Assembly: GCA_030649135.1 (NCBI GenBank)
Contig: JAUSGI010000002.1
Location: 1-64,000, forward strand
Reading direction: 5' to 3'
DNA: 64,000 bases
Origin: a bacterium
GTDB lineage: Bacteria > Patescibacteriota > Minisyncoccia > Phycocordibacterales > Zambryskibacteraceae
Shown: piece after piece, positions 38,144-48,027 of the stretch
How the letters are laid out: every line of letters begins with the position of its first letter
Numbering within the stretch: position 1 is the stretch's first letter
Made by a program: the position numbers and the translations under genes
The notes under the pieces: generated by a model
The model's database searches: none
What the model saw: only the letters and a program-made list of their open reading frames with translations
What the model was told of the DNA's origin: nothing

Positions 38144-38839
38144 TTATTTCCCAAACCTTAATTTAATCAAAGTAAATATATAAGTCAGCATAAAGATAAA
38201 CAGATTTCTTTTAGTCTTTCCAAACATCCTTTGGTTGAAAGTGAATGGTATTTCTTTTATTTTCAGGTTTTTATTATTTTTCTTCAACTTGAAGAGAATC
38301 TCTTCTACGATATCGAAATTATTGCAATATAAGTTAAGCCTTTTGAGGTCTCCTGCCTGATATAATTTAAAACTATTGGAGACATCCTTGCAGTTTAAAC
38401 CCAGAACCAAAGAATATACTAGGTTAACCACGAGACTCATGAAGATTAACACTTTGCTATTTTTTGTAGCACCTCCCGCCACATAACGAGAAGCGATAAC
38501 TACATCAAAATTATTTCTATATTTGTAAAGCTGACTTATAAATTCCGGATCATGAGAACCATCTGCGTCCATGAAGATAACGTACTCCCCCATGGCCCTG
38601 GCGATGCCAGTGCGCACGGCATTACCGAAGTCGTTTCCTTTTTCGCGATTTACATACTTAATATGAGAGTCAAGACCAGAACAATAATCTTTAGTTCCGT
38701 CCATTGGCTCCATGGTATCAACAATAATAATTTCGTATGACGGCTCAGTTTGGTCCAATGTGGAACACAACCGAGGTAAAATGACTTTCAAATTATCCTC
38801 TTCTTTATAAGATGGGATTATAACGCTTAAAGTTATCAT
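38144..38839 (-). CDS. GT2 glycosyltransferase (dolichyl-phosphate mannosyltransferase-like)
   Basis: LSVIIPSYKEEDN; IIIVDTMEPMDGT; FMDADGSHDP. Confidence 0.85.
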   Translation of the reverse strand: MITLSVIIPSYKEEDNLKVILPRLCSTLDQTEPSYEIIIVDTMEPMDGTKDYCSGLDSHIKYVNREKGNDFGNAVRTGIARAMGEYVIFMDADGSHDPEFISQLYKYRNNFDVVIASRYVAGGATKNSKVLIFMSLVVNLVYSLVLGLNCKDVSNSFKLYQAGDLKRLNLYCNNFDIVEEILFKLKKNNKNLKIKEIPFTFNQRMFGKTKRNLFIFMLTYIFTLIKLRFGK

Positions 38840-39729
38840 TGCATTTTATTTTTATACCGAAGGTAATAATCTAATGTTTTTTGAAGCCCTGCATCTAAAC
38901 TAGTCTTTGGTTTTATCAAATTATTAAACTTGTCTAGTTTCGTAGGCTTATCCTTGTTATTTAAATCTACATGGATTTTTAACCGCTTGCCAATTAATCT
39001 CATAATTTTTGAAACGAGTTTCTTTACCTCAATAGTCTCGTCATTGCCAATGACGAAAAAGTTTTTGGGGCTGTTTCTTATCGCTATCAAATTAGCGACA
39101 AAATCATCAATATAAACAAACTGAAGTCTACGCTTGCCATTCGAACGTAGGACCACGCCATCTTTGCTTTCAGCCGTTTTCATTATAAAAAACGGGATTA
39201 CTTGAGCAACCTCTGGGTTAAAGTCATTGCCTGGACCGTAAACTGCCGGTGGACGAACTATTTTAACATTTATCTTGGTCTGGGCCTCAAATGATTTAAG
39301 GATTAGCTCATTCATGTATTTACCAATGACATAACCGTCAATTTGTATATCTTGAGATAATGCGTATTCAACAAGAACTGAACTAACATAGATGATTGTC
39401 TTAATTTTGCTAGTCTTGGCCGCTTCTAAAAAAGTTAGCAGGGGCAAGGTATTATTAAAAATAGCATCAAATGGCCATCCAGTGTGAACAGCCACATTTT
39501 TCTTAAAGGCCGCTAGATAATAGACAGCATCAATATTTTTAACAATTTTTTGGCAAAATTTCTTATTCCTCAAATCTCCATAAAAGACTTTTGCTCCAGA
39601 ACATTTGAATTTTTCATCCCGCGAAACTAGAAATAAGTTGCTATTACCAACTAATTTTTTGGTCAAAGCGTGACCAACGAAACCATTTGCTCCCGTGACC
39701 AAGATATTTTGTTTTTTCTGTCTAGTCAT
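38836..39729 (-). CDS. NAD-dependent epimerase/dehydratase (SDR)
   Basis: VTGANGFVGHAL; YVSS; GKY. Confidence 0.75.
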   Translation of the reverse strand: MTRQKKQNILVTGANGFVGHALTKKLVGNSNLFLVSRDEKFKCSGAKVFYGDLRNKKFCQKIVKNIDAVYYLAAFKKNVAVHTGWPFDAIFNNTLPLLTFLEAAKTSKIKTIIYVSSVLVEYALSQDIQIDGYVIGKYMNELILKSFEAQTKINVKIVRPPAVYGPGNDFNPEVAQVIPFFIMKTAESKDGVVLRSNGKRRLQFVYIDDFVANLIAIRNSPKNFFVIGNDETIEVKKLVSKIMRLIGKRLKIHVDLNNKDKPTKLDKFNNLIKPKTSLDAGLQKTLDYYLRYKNKMQ

Positions 39730-39776
39730 CCGAATATTTTGCTAAGTCTAACAAATCATAGACTTATTAAAAACCG

Positions 39777-39805
39777 TTGACTTTAAATATGTAATATGTT
39801 ATTAT
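39777..39805 (+). promoter_or_regulatory. Sigma70-like promoter: TTGACT, 17 nt, TATTAT
   Basis: TTGACT at 39777-39782 and TATTAT at 39800-39805, about 40 nt upstream of the 39845 start codon. Confidence 0.45.
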
Positions 39806-39844
39806 AGTAAAAGAGTGTAAATCAAGTTTGGGAAAGGACTTCTC

Positions 39845-40603
39845 ATGGGTGGAGTAGTGGTCGTCACAACTACGTTATACAACAGCATCGAGGAATTACG
39901 GTTTCGCCTGGCCTGCGATATGGTCAGGGTGGCCGTAGCCGATGGGTACAAAGTTGTCATCGGTGACGACTCGTCTATTATTCCCGAAGTGGCGGGAACT
40001 TTCCGTAGTCTCGGCGCGAATGTCTATCCCCGGCACCACAAGGGCGTGGGGTCAGGACGACGGGAAGCATTCTTCCACGCCTGGGAAGTGTCGGTGCGGG
40101 AGAACTGCTCCGCCATCGTCTGGACCGAACCTGAGAAGGTCGACCTGATCCGATGGGTCGGGAAAATTATCAGGCCCCTCGAGAATGGAGAGGCTGACAT
40201 CGTCATTCCCGCACGCACGGAAAGGAGCTGGCAGACCTGGCCAGCATTCCAGCGGGAAAGCGAGACGCGGGCCAACGGTGTCTACAACGAGGTTTTGGGT
40301 ACGAGAGGCTTCGACCCGATGTTTGGGCCGGTGGCTTTCACTCTCGACTTCGTGCCAGAATTTGCTTTCTGTAACCCGAAGGCGCTCGGAGTGCCGGACA
40401 CCTACGTCCAGCATTACGCACCGATCATCGCCCGACATCATGGCGCCCGGGTCGTGTCGGTTGAGGTCGACATGACCTATCCGCCCGAGCAGCGAGCCGA
40501 GGAAGAAGGAGCGGCGAAAGAGACCATGCTCGAGAAACGCAAGTGGCAGCTCGGGAGCCTCTCTGAGGCCTACCGAACCTTAGCGAAAATTTCTCCCCGA
40601 TGA
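39845..40603 (+). CDS. Hypothetical GT-A-like protein on a GC-rich (~60%) island
   Basis: VVIGDDSS and ADIVIPAR segments weakly resemble a nucleotide-sugar transferase fold. Composition is strongly atypical for the locus. Confidence 0.35.
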   Translation: MGGVVVVTTTLYNSIEELRFRLACDMVRVAVADGYKVVIGDDSSIIPEVAGTFRSLGANVYPRHHKGVGSGRREAFFHAWEVSVRENCSAIVWTEPEKVDLIRWVGKIIRPLENGEADIVIPARTERSWQTWPAFQRESETRANGVYNEVLGTRGFDPMFGPVAFTLDFVPEFAFCNPKALGVPDTYVQHYAPIIARHHGARVVSVEVDMTYPPEQRAEEEGAAKETMLEKRKWQLGSLSEAYRTLAKISPR

Positions 40604-40626
40604 AACGTGTCCAGTAGTGCATCACA

Positions 40627-40667
40627 ATGGCGACCGCAGTAATACACGCGGTCGCCATTTTCACTTT
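40627..40667 (+). terminator. Rho-independent terminator of the GC-rich gene 39845..40603
   Basis: atggcgaccgc-agtaatacac-gcggtcgccat is an 11-bp stem, followed by ttttcacttt. Confidence 0.7.
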
Positions 40668-42372
40668 AGAGAGGCAGGGACAAAATCACAAATCTCCCGT
40701 CATCATACAGGGCCTTGTTTAAAGAGATGCGCTCAAGATTATCGTGAGCACGATCGAGGATGAGATATTTAACGTTAAATTGTTGGAGGAGGGTGGCTTG
40801 ATCTTTTTTGACGGTCTTAAAACGCTCTACCAGCGTTTTGAAATATTCTTCCCCGCGGAGAGTAATCGAATCGGTACGTGGCGGACATTGGCGAGGACCA
40901 GCAAAACGCACCCAAACATCGCAGAGCCAGGCGCGCCGGTTTTGAGCTAGAGGCTCTAGTTCTGACGGCCCGGCGCCAGCGTAAAGCCCTAGACCACTCT
41001 TTATGTCTTCGATCGTCAAAACATCCATGCTATGCGAGACGAGATATCTATCCTCAAGTTCGGGCCCAGAAATATTATGAAGTACCGTACCTTCTGTAAA
41101 GAGTGGGTAGTGCCGAGTCATAATCGGTATATATTCCGAAATTGAATCGTTCGCCCAAATCACAGATTGTTCTGGCACATTTTTATCTAGCCATTTTAGC
41201 GGGCCAGCATAGGTCTGTAGATCGGCGGTATAATCACTACCACGTTCACCAAAAAACTTGAAAAAATCTAGCCCATGAGGAAGGTTTCTCACCACTCCTA
41301 CCGAGAGTATTGAGAGAAGAATCGCTACTACTATGTATTTGGTTCTGTGGGTTTTTAAAGTTTCTGAGAAATACCATTCATACAAACCGACTCCTAAAAT
41401 TATCACCATCCATAAAATGACAAAACGTCCGACATGCACGCCAAGAGTCAGTTCGACGCCAGTAATGATATTTAAACACAAGCTAACGAAGAGTGCCGCA
41501 CCTGTCGAGAACCAAAATACTTTTTGTTTTAAAGGCACCAGCCATGTCAAAAGCATTCCGACTGCCAACCAACGACCATAGAAAAAAACTTCTATCGATG
41601 GAACGCGAGTGTAAACAAGACCAATGCGACTAAGGGTTTCAAAGTAATAAGGGCCCTGCATCTGCATCAAGGTATAGAAACCGAAAGGGATAAGGAGGAG
41701 TGCGGTAAAAATACCGCAGGTCAGAAGCGAGCGTAACTCTTGGAAACGTCTGGTAAACAAAAACCAGAAAAAAATAAAGGCAAAACTTAACAAGACAATA
41801 TAAGAAAGATACGAGTAGACATAAAAGGCAGAAGCCGCAGCGAGCGAAAGCCAAACTATCCTCTTTCTCTCATGCGGCTCGTACAAGAACTTCAGAAGGG
41901 CAATGAGAAACATGAGAAAGAAAGGATAAACTATCTGCATAATGGTCGGCCGAAGCATGAGTGAATATAAACTGATATAGAGAAACACCGACCACAGGAA
42001 TGCCCACCCTCTCGGCAAACGCAAGAGCCGGAGCAGGGTAAAGGACAGAGCTAAAAATACAAAACTCCACGCGAACATATTAATCATAACGGCGAGATTA
42101 AACGGCACCCCAAGAAGCATTGGAATCGCTGAGACAATATCCGGCAAGAAAAACGCTGGAGCCAAATCCTTGCGGTATTCATAGACATACGGATTGCCGA
42201 GGAGCGGGTATCCATCCACCACTTCATGCATGCGCGCATAGTAATACAAACTGTCGGTAGAACCTCTGGGTAAGACGCCCTGCCAGTTTCGCCATCCCCC
42301 AACTTCGTATATGACAAAAATTGCTGGAATTAGTGTGGCCACCAAAGCGACGGCTAGGAACAATTTCTTCAT
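40666..42372 (-). CDS. GT-C-like polytopic membrane glycosyltransferase candidate; paralog of 28060..29808
   Basis: About 12 TM helices plus a C-terminal soluble domain with WANDSISEYIPIMTRHYPLF and QFNVKYLILDRAHD, which match motifs in the 28060 gene. Confidence 0.5.
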   Translation of the reverse strand: MKKLFLAVALVATLIPAIFVIYEVGGWRNWQGVLPRGSTDSLYYYARMHEVVDGYPLLGNPYVYEYRKDLAPAFFLPDIVSAIPMLLGVPFNLAVMINMFAWSFVFLALSFTLLRLLRLPRGWAFLWSVFLYISLYSLMLRPTIMQIVYPFFLMFLIALLKFLYEPHERKRIVWLSLAAASAFYVYSYLSYIVLLSFAFIFFWFLFTRRFQELRSLLTCGIFTALLLIPFGFYTLMQMQGPYYFETLSRIGLVYTRVPSIEVFFYGRWLAVGMLLTWLVPLKQKVFWFSTGAALFVSLCLNIITGVELTLGVHVGRFVILWMVIILGVGLYEWYFSETLKTHRTKYIVVAILLSILSVGVVRNLPHGLDFFKFFGERGSDYTADLQTYAGPLKWLDKNVPEQSVIWANDSISEYIPIMTRHYPLFTEGTVLHNISGPELEDRYLVSHSMDVLTIEDIKSGLGLYAGAGPSELEPLAQNRRAWLCDVWVRFAGPRQCPPRTDSITLRGEEYFKTLVERFKTVKKDQATLLQQFNVKYLILDRAHDNLERISLNKALYDDGRFVILSLPL

Positions 42373-42785
42373 GAGTTTTCATTATGGATGCTATCGGGAG
42401 AAAAAACCAGGTATTTAAACACAAAAAAACTATAGACGGCGACCAGACCGAGAACAAAAAATTGAGAGATTAGGTAATGAATATGAAGCATATCCACACT
42501 TATGTATAGGAGTAAAGCATTAACGCCTAGATTTAAAATCTGAATTCCTAGATAAACGAGAGACTGCTGTCTGATTTTCTCTTTTGTATAGTCGTTGAAA
42601 GTGAAAAACTTCTGCATCATGAAACTCACGGCAACCGCCACGATGAAGGCTACGACGGAAGCCAGCAAATACCACATATAAAAAAAGTGTACCAAGATAA
42701 AAAGCATGGTTAGATTTATAACTGCGGCAGAACCACCGGAGATAAGATAGCGAATGGCGCGATGATTAAGGATGATTTTTATCAT
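42369..42785 (-). CDS. GtrA-family protein (polyprenol-P-sugar translocation accessory)
   Basis: Four-TM ~130-aa protein; RYLISGGSAAVINLTMLFIL GtrA signature. Confidence 0.8.
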   Translation of the reverse strand: MIKIILNHRAIRYLISGGSAAVINLTMLFILVHFFYMWYLLASVVAFIVAVAVSFMMQKFFTFNDYTKEKIRQQSLVYLGIQILNLGVNALLLYISVDMLHIHYLISQFFVLGLVAVYSFFVFKYLVFSPDSIHNENS

Positions 42786-42825
42786 TTGGGTATCTGTAAG
42801 GCGCTATGATAGTATAAACGCTAAG

Positions 42826-43383
42826 ATGATAAAAGAATACCTAGAAAAATCCTTGGCGGTAAAAAATGCCGCGCTGACCGATCAAAGCTTCCTTGAAAAT
42901 GCGGAGAAAGCGGGACGGCAAATTTATGACTCGCTGATGGCCGGTAAACATATTTATATCGCCGGTGTTGGCGGAGCAGCCGCAGAGTCGCAACATTTCT
43001 CCGCAGAACTCTTGGGTAAATACTCTGCGATGAGGAGAGCTTTTCCGGCAGTAGCCTTAACTACCGACTCCTCAATGCTTACTGCTTGGGCAAATGATAC
43101 CAGCTTTGACTTTATATTTTCGCGCCAACTTGAAGGCCTTGGAAAAGAAGGGGATATATTTGTCGCTCTCTCCGCGGGAGGAAACTCACCTTGTATCGTA
43201 GAAGCTCTTAAGACGGCAAACTCTATCGGAATGATCTCCATTGGTCTTTTGGGTAAAAGTGGCGGAAAAGCCAAAGAAATGTGCACCATTCCCATCGTCG
43301 TCCCTTCAGATGTTACTTCTCACATTCAAGAAACCCATCTCATGCTTGTTCACTTTTTCTGCGAATATTTAGAACCGCAGTAA
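42826..43383 (+). CDS. gmhA: D-sedoheptulose-7-phosphate isomerase (SIS domain)
   Basis: GVGGAAAESQHFSAELLGKY, ALTTDSS, FSRQLEGLGKEGDIFVALSAGGNS and VPSDVTSHIQETH align with the GmhA consensus. Start moved to the ATG at 42826 to avoid overlapping GtrA. Confidence 0.85.
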   Translation: MIKEYLEKSLAVKNAALTDQSFLENAEKAGRQIYDSLMAGKHIYIAGVGGAAAESQHFSAELLGKYSAMRRAFPAVALTTDSSMLTAWANDTSFDFIFSRQLEGLGKEGDIFVALSAGGNSPCIVEALKTANSIGMISIGLLGKSGGKAKEMCTIPIVVPSDVTSHIQETHLMLVHFFCEYLEPQ

Positions 43384-43463
43384 ACAAATACTTGACATTT
43401 GCATAGTATACAGATATAATCGGGAAAGAACTCATTCCCCTACACTACAAAAGGAGGGCACAC

Positions 43464-44141
43464 ATGCCCACGATTCTCAAGGCCATTCTTTGTGATGTCG
43501 ACGGAGTGCTCGTCGACACAGAGGGTCTGCATTTTCAGGCGTGGGATTGGATTTGTCGTGATATCGGAGGACAACCCCTCACTCAGGAAGAACACGCTAC
43601 TCTCGTTGGGAAAGACGGGCCAGTCATCATGAGGGAACTTTCCCAGATGAAGGGGTTCGGCGGCGATCTGACCAAACTCAATGACCGTTGCCGAGAGAAG
43701 TACATCGAGTTACGGCAGACTGGGAACATCCCAGTCATCATGGAGAACGTTATGCTTCTTCGTGAGTTTGCCGAGCTGTACTCGGGCTTAAGGTTCGCGG
43801 CTGTTTCTTCCGATACTCACGACCATATTCAGCAGAACCTTCGGGTAGCTGGGCTTGAAAATTTCTTCGAACTGGCAGTTTCCGCCCATTCAGACGGTTT
43901 GAAGAAGAAGCCCGCCCCCGACGTGTGGTTGGTGGCGATGAAGAGACTCGGAGTCGCTCCAGAAGAATGCCTAGCTTTCGAAGATTCACCAGCCGGAGTC
44001 GAATCTGTCACCAGCGCCGGGGTCAGGGTAGTGGCGCTACCCAGCCCCTCAACTGTATCCTGTAGCTTCCCGACCGCTCACACGGTCATCAAACCAGGAG
44101 AAAGGAAAAACGCCAGAGAAATCCTTGCGCGCGTGATGTAG
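43464..44141 (+). CDS. HAD-superfamily phosphatase (subfamily IA, beta-PGM-like) on a GC-rich island; candidate heptose-bisphosphate phosphatase
   Basis: ILCDVDGVLVDTE motif I; S/T motif II; K...AFEDSPAGVES motifs III/IV. Confidence 0.7.
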   Translation: MPTILKAILCDVDGVLVDTEGLHFQAWDWICRDIGGQPLTQEEHATLVGKDGPVIMRELSQMKGFGGDLTKLNDRCREKYIELRQTGNIPVIMENVMLLREFAELYSGLRFAAVSSDTHDHIQQNLRVAGLENFFELAVSAHSDGLKKKPAPDVWLVAMKRLGVAPEECLAFEDSPAGVESVTSAGVRVVALPSPSTVSCSFPTAHTVIKPGERKNAREILARVM

Positions 44142-44151
44142 TGTGCTCACC

Positions 44152-44180
44152 AAGAGCCGGGTCCTGACCCGGCTCTTTTC
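44152..44180 (+). terminator. Rho-independent terminator after the HAD gene
   Basis: aagagccggg-tcctga-cccggctctt is a 10-bp stem, followed by tttc. Confidence 0.7.
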
Positions 44181-44182
44181 AA

Positions 44183-44674
44183 TTACGATTTTTCTTTATA
44201 AATTTTAAGAATCTTTTCTATAATATTTGTCGTCGACTGAACACGGCCAGGAATAATTACCACCTTATCTACATTCTCGCGCACAAAGTCTGCTTGAATA
44301 TTTTGTTCCACAGTATAATCTCCACCTTTAGTATAAATGTCAGGGTGGACTGCTTTCAAAAAAGTGCCCGGGTCTTTTTCATCAAAAATATGAACGTAGT
44401 CGACGCAAGCCAGAGCTGCCACCACTTCCGCGCGTTCACGTTCAGGAATGATTGGACGAAGTTTTGATTTGTATTGTCTTACCGAAGCATCTGAATTTAT
44501 ACCCACTACTAGAATATCACCAAGCAATTTACTTTCTTCTAGAAGTATTTTCTGGCCGATGTGGAATACATCAAAAGCACCGTTGGTAGCTACAATTTTT
44601 TTACCATGCTTTTTGAGTTCCTCGACTCTTGCTTCAAGCTCGGAGAGAGAAACAATTTTGTGAGCTGTTTTCAT
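44183..44674 (-). CDS. D-glycero-beta-D-manno-heptose-1-phosphate adenylyltransferase (RfaE/HldE domain II, cytidylyltransferase fold)
   Basis: IVATNGAFDVFHIGQ (the GxFDxxHxGH motif), INSDASV and YTKGGDY match HldE C-domains. The track's N-terminal extension (start 44845) is implausible; start set at MKTAHKI. Confidence 0.8.
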   Translation of the reverse strand: MKTAHKIVSLSELEARVEELKKHGKKIVATNGAFDVFHIGQKILLEESKLLGDILVVGINSDASVRQYKSKLRPIIPERERAEVVAALACVDYVHIFDEKDPGTFLKAVHPDIYTKGGDYTVEQNIQADFVRENVDKVVIIPGRVQSTTNIIEKILKIYKEKS

Positions 44675-44769
44675 ATCAGACAGTATACAGCTGAAAAAAT
44701 ACTTGACAAGTAGGCTAAATCTATTATAATCAGAAGCAGACACAATCAATATAAACGCGAGGAGAACGT

Positions 44770-45504
44770 ATGAACTTCGCTGAGTTCTGCTCAAAACAAA
44801 GCAGTATCTACGACGACATGCGGAAGCAGGAATGCGAGGAATCACGGATCACAGGGATGATGGAAGATCCCGGGCTCGTCACTAGGAGAGGCGGGTTTTT
44901 TCTCTCCCTCATTCACCCGCCTGAGTTTGCTCAGAAAGTAGCGGATTTCTCCGCCAAGGTTGGCGCCCTGATGCCAGCAATGGTTTACAGCAACAAGGAG
45001 ATACACACGACCGTCGGGTCAATTTCCACTTCGGTCATCCCACACTTCTATTTCGACGGAAACCGTGAGGACCATGCGCACCAGCTTTCCGTCATCGAAC
45101 GCGTGGCGGAGGAGACAGCAAAGAGAGTGAAAGCGGGGGTATGCAAAATTGGTTTTATTACGCCCTGCATCCTTCTGCCGAATCTCATCATCGCGCCGGG
45201 CGAAGCGAATCAGAGCGTCTTCGAAGTGACGACCGCGCTGACCGAATTCGGTACACAGATGGGGTTAGCAATGGCCCCATGCAAAAACGGCCATGTGACA
45301 GTCAACCGCTTCACCGAAGCGAAGAGTGTAGGGGAAATATCCGATATTCTTAGGTTGATGGAGAAGGAGCCACCCTTTGGTGTCAGTCATCCGATCGGGA
45401 TCGCAGCGGGTTACACACTGCGTCACGAATCCGAACGAAATGTTACTGACCTTCGCGAAACACCCGGGCACTTCCACGGCACCAAGTTCTTCCGGTTCCA
45501 ATAA
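44770..45504 (+). CDS. Hypothetical protein on a GC-rich island
   Basis: 244-aa ORF with typical coding periodicity and its own terminator. No motifs recognised. Confidence 0.4.
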   Translation: MNFAEFCSKQSSIYDDMRKQECEESRITGMMEDPGLVTRRGGFFLSLIHPPEFAQKVADFSAKVGALMPAMVYSNKEIHTTVGSISTSVIPHFYFDGNREDHAHQLSVIERVAEETAKRVKAGVCKIGFITPCILLPNLIIAPGEANQSVFEVTTALTEFGTQMGLAMAPCKNGHVTVNRFTEAKSVGEISDILRLMEKEPPFGVSHPIGIAAGYTLRHESERNVTDLRETPGHFHGTKFFRFQ

Positions 45505-45508
45505 AGAC

Positions 45509-45540
45509 GGCCACCTCGAAGTTTGAGGTGGCCTTTTATC
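45509..45540 (+). terminator. Bidirectional intrinsic terminator between convergent genes
   Basis: ggccacctc-gaagttt-gaggtggcc followed by tttt. Confidence 0.65.
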
Positions 45541-45541
45541 C

Positions 45542-46264
45542 TTAATACGCGCTGATGCCATAGCCCGCAGCCTTGGCATCATCGTAGAACATTCGTACTG
45601 TTTCGAGCGAGTAGACGTCGTGGTCCTTGCCGACGAGCGACAACTTCTTGAGGATGTCGTTGGTTGCCGTGATGATGTGACAACCGACGGAGTCGGCCTG
45701 GAAGACATTGAGAAGCTCGCGTGGGCTGGCCCAGATGAGCTCAGCCTTCGGCCTCGCTCTCATGATCTCGACTGCCTGTTGCATTAACGGCATCGGATCA
45801 ACCCCGGTGTCAGCGATACGCCCTGCAAATACCGAGATGATGGCCGGTGTCCCTGGTGAGAGATGCTCGGTCACGGCCTTCACTTGTTCCAGAGTGAGTA
45901 ACGCCGTGACGTTGAGCTTCACGCCAGCGTGCGACAGCCGCTCGATAAGCGGGCCACTCGACTCCCCTGTCGTGTTGGTGACTGGAATCTTGACGTAGAC
46001 GTTATCGCCCCACGAGGCGATGACGCGCGCTTGCGCCTCCATCTCATCGAAGTCGTCAGCGAAAACTTCGAACGACACCGGGCGATCCGAGATAGTGGCG
46101 AGCACTTCCTTGGCAAACGCCTTGTAGTCAGTGACACCCGCCTTCCTCATCAGCGTAGGGTTGGTCGTGAACCCTTTAATGAGGGGGTTCGCGTACATCT
46201 CCTTCATGCCGGTGAGGTCCGCGCCGTCTGCGAATAACTTGATTTTGAGTTCTTGGATGTTCAT
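45542..46264 (-). CDS. Transaldolase/fructose-6-phosphate aldolase family (short Tal type) on a GC-rich island
   Basis: FADGADL, TTNPTL, VKIP (Schiff-base Lys), NVTALLT, SVFAGRIAD. Confidence 0.8.
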   Translation of the reverse strand: MNIQELKIKLFADGADLTGMKEMYANPLIKGFTTNPTLMRKAGVTDYKAFAKEVLATISDRPVSFEVFADDFDEMEAQARVIASWGDNVYVKIPVTNTTGESSGPLIERLSHAGVKLNVTALLTLEQVKAVTEHLSPGTPAIISVFAGRIADTGVDPMPLMQQAVEIMRARPKAELIWASPRELLNVFQADSVGCHIITATNDILKKLSLVGKDHDVYSLETVRMFYDDAKAAGYGISAY

Positions 46265-47226
46265 GAGTTTTTCTCCTTTAAGATTTTCACTAAATCTTTC
46301 CTTCTGGGTGGCATAGTACCATGAATTTTAGTTGAAAGTGCTCCCCAGATATTGGCTATCCTAAGAGATTCTTCAGGTCGGTTTCTATCTCCAAGACTAA
46401 AAGCCGCCAAAAAAGCATCGCCTGCCCCGCAAACATCGACCGCTTTTACTTTATATGGCCGGCTTTTTATATACTGGTCACTAAATATAGCTATGGAGCC
46501 TAGACCACCCAGTTTAACCACAACATTTTTTAGCTTTAACTTTTTCATTATTACCAAAAGAGACTGCTCAGGCTTTTGGAGATTAAACTTAGGGTACACA
46601 CTCTTAGCTTCTTTTTGGTTTAAAAACATCGTGTCTACCCCTTTATATAAATGGTGATTCGAAGGACGGTGAAAAACTTGCACATCGACATGCAAAGGTT
46701 TTTTATATTTCTTACTCATAGCAACAATATTTTTAATCAACTTTTTTGAGAGCATTCCATGCTGGGGGTCCATAATAACAACAACGTCTACATGTGGGGC
46801 ATTAGCTTCCACTAATTTAATTATTTTTTTCTCCAGATCGGAATTAATGTAGTGATTATCAACTTTGTTAACTTGTAGGAGTTTCAGATTTTTGTCATAC
46901 CATCTTCTCTTAACAGTCGTTTTCCGGGTCGGATCTATTAAAAAAATCTTTTTTAATTTTGGATGTGTCCACGAATCATAATATTTCGCATCTTCATCGT
47001 CACCCAAGATGGTAACAAAAGTTACCCTCCCCCCGAGATTTAAAATATGACTGGCAATCAGTCCATTACCACCGAAAAATATTGATGACTTTCTCTCTTC
47101 CATTTCTGGCGCAGGAGCATCAGGAGACAGACCGATAGTATTGCCATAAATATAAATATCCAGTATAGTGTCGCCCACTAGCAACACCTTTTTATCTTTA
47201 AATGACCTTATAATATCTGGCTTCAT
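46261..47226 (-). CDS. D-glycero-beta-D-manno-heptose-7-phosphate kinase (RfaE/HldE domain I, PfkB family)
   Basis: VLLVGDTILDIYIYGNTIGLSPDAPAPE parallels the HldE N-terminus; DVCGAGDAF PfkB signature. Confidence 0.8.
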   Translation of the reverse strand: MKPDIIRSFKDKKVLLVGDTILDIYIYGNTIGLSPDAPAPEMEERKSSIFFGGNGLIASHILNLGGRVTFVTILGDDEDAKYYDSWTHPKLKKIFLIDPTRKTTVKRRWYDKNLKLLQVNKVDNHYINSDLEKKIIKLVEANAPHVDVVVIMDPQHGMLSKKLIKNIVAMSKKYKKPLHVDVQVFHRPSNHHLYKGVDTMFLNQKEAKSVYPKFNLQKPEQSLLVIMKKLKLKNVVVKLGGLGSIAIFSDQYIKSRPYKVKAVDVCGAGDAFLAAFSLGDRNRPEESLRIANIWGALSTKIHGTMPPRRKDLVKILKEKNS

Positions 47227-47250
47227 CCATGGTATAATACACTTTTTGCT

Positions 47251-48027
47251 ATGAAATATAAATCTATTCTTCTAGATGTCGACGGGACACTTGTCGCTGT
47301 CGGACCCAATACAATTCCATCTGAAAGAGTGCGAGAAGTCCTAAGCCATGCCAAATATGTGGCACATGTTTCTCTTGTTTCTGGACGTTGTCTTGATTGG
47401 CTCAAAGAAATCTTTCGAGTCCTTGATTTGACAGCTCCTTCTATTATCAACGGTGGTTCACAAATCATTAATCCAAAAACGGGAGAGATTCTTTGGGAGC
47501 GGCCAATCACGCAAGAAGATGTGGGAAAAGTGCTAAGAATAGTTACAAGAGACGGGATTCCTTTTGTGGTCAGTGACAACGGTATTGAGTATGAGAATCC
47601 ACCCCAGTCCGAATTTACTAATCCCCTTGCTATAAAACTTTCGTATTTTGATTCTAAAGAGAAATCTGACCAGTGTCTAAAGATTCTAGAATCGATACAG
47701 GGTATTTCGGCCCATAAAACTTTTTCCTGGAATAAAGAAAGAAACTACATAATGGATATATACATCACTCATAGAGAAGCCACCAAACATCACGCTGCCG
47801 AAGAATTAGCAAAAATTTTAGGAATTGAAACTCATGAAATGATAGGGGTTGGTGATGCTCGAAACGACGTTCCCCTGCTCAATGTGTGTGGACTAAAGGT
47901 GGCTATGGGTAACGCCGACGACAAACTGAAGAAAATTGCTCATTACATTGCCCCTAGTGTAGACGAGGACGGTGTGGCTCACGTGGTGGAGAAGTTTATT
48001 CTTTCTCAATTGGTCTGTTCTGGCTAG
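47251..48027 (+). CDS. HAD-IIB (Cof-type) sugar phosphatase
   Basis: ILLDVDGTL; SGR; GDARNDVPLL. Confidence 0.8.
   Translation: MKYKSILLDVDGTLVAVGPNTIPSERVREVLSHAKYVAHVSLVSGRCLDWLKEIFRVLDLTAPSIINGGSQIINPKTGEILWERPITQEDVGKVLRIVTRDGIPFVVSDNGIEYENPPQSEFTNPLAIKLSYFDSKEKSDQCLKILESIQGISAHKTFSWNKERNYIMDIYITHREATKHHAAEELAKILGIETHEMIGVGDARNDVPLLNVCGLKVAMGNADDKLKKIAHYIAPSVDEDGVAHVVEKFILSQLVCSG

Noticed and set aside
44675-44845. N-terminal extension of the heptose-1-P adenylyltransferase ORF
   Set aside because: The extension is Cys/Arg-rich junk. Homologs start at the MKTAHKI equivalent, just upstream of the nucleotide-binding motif.
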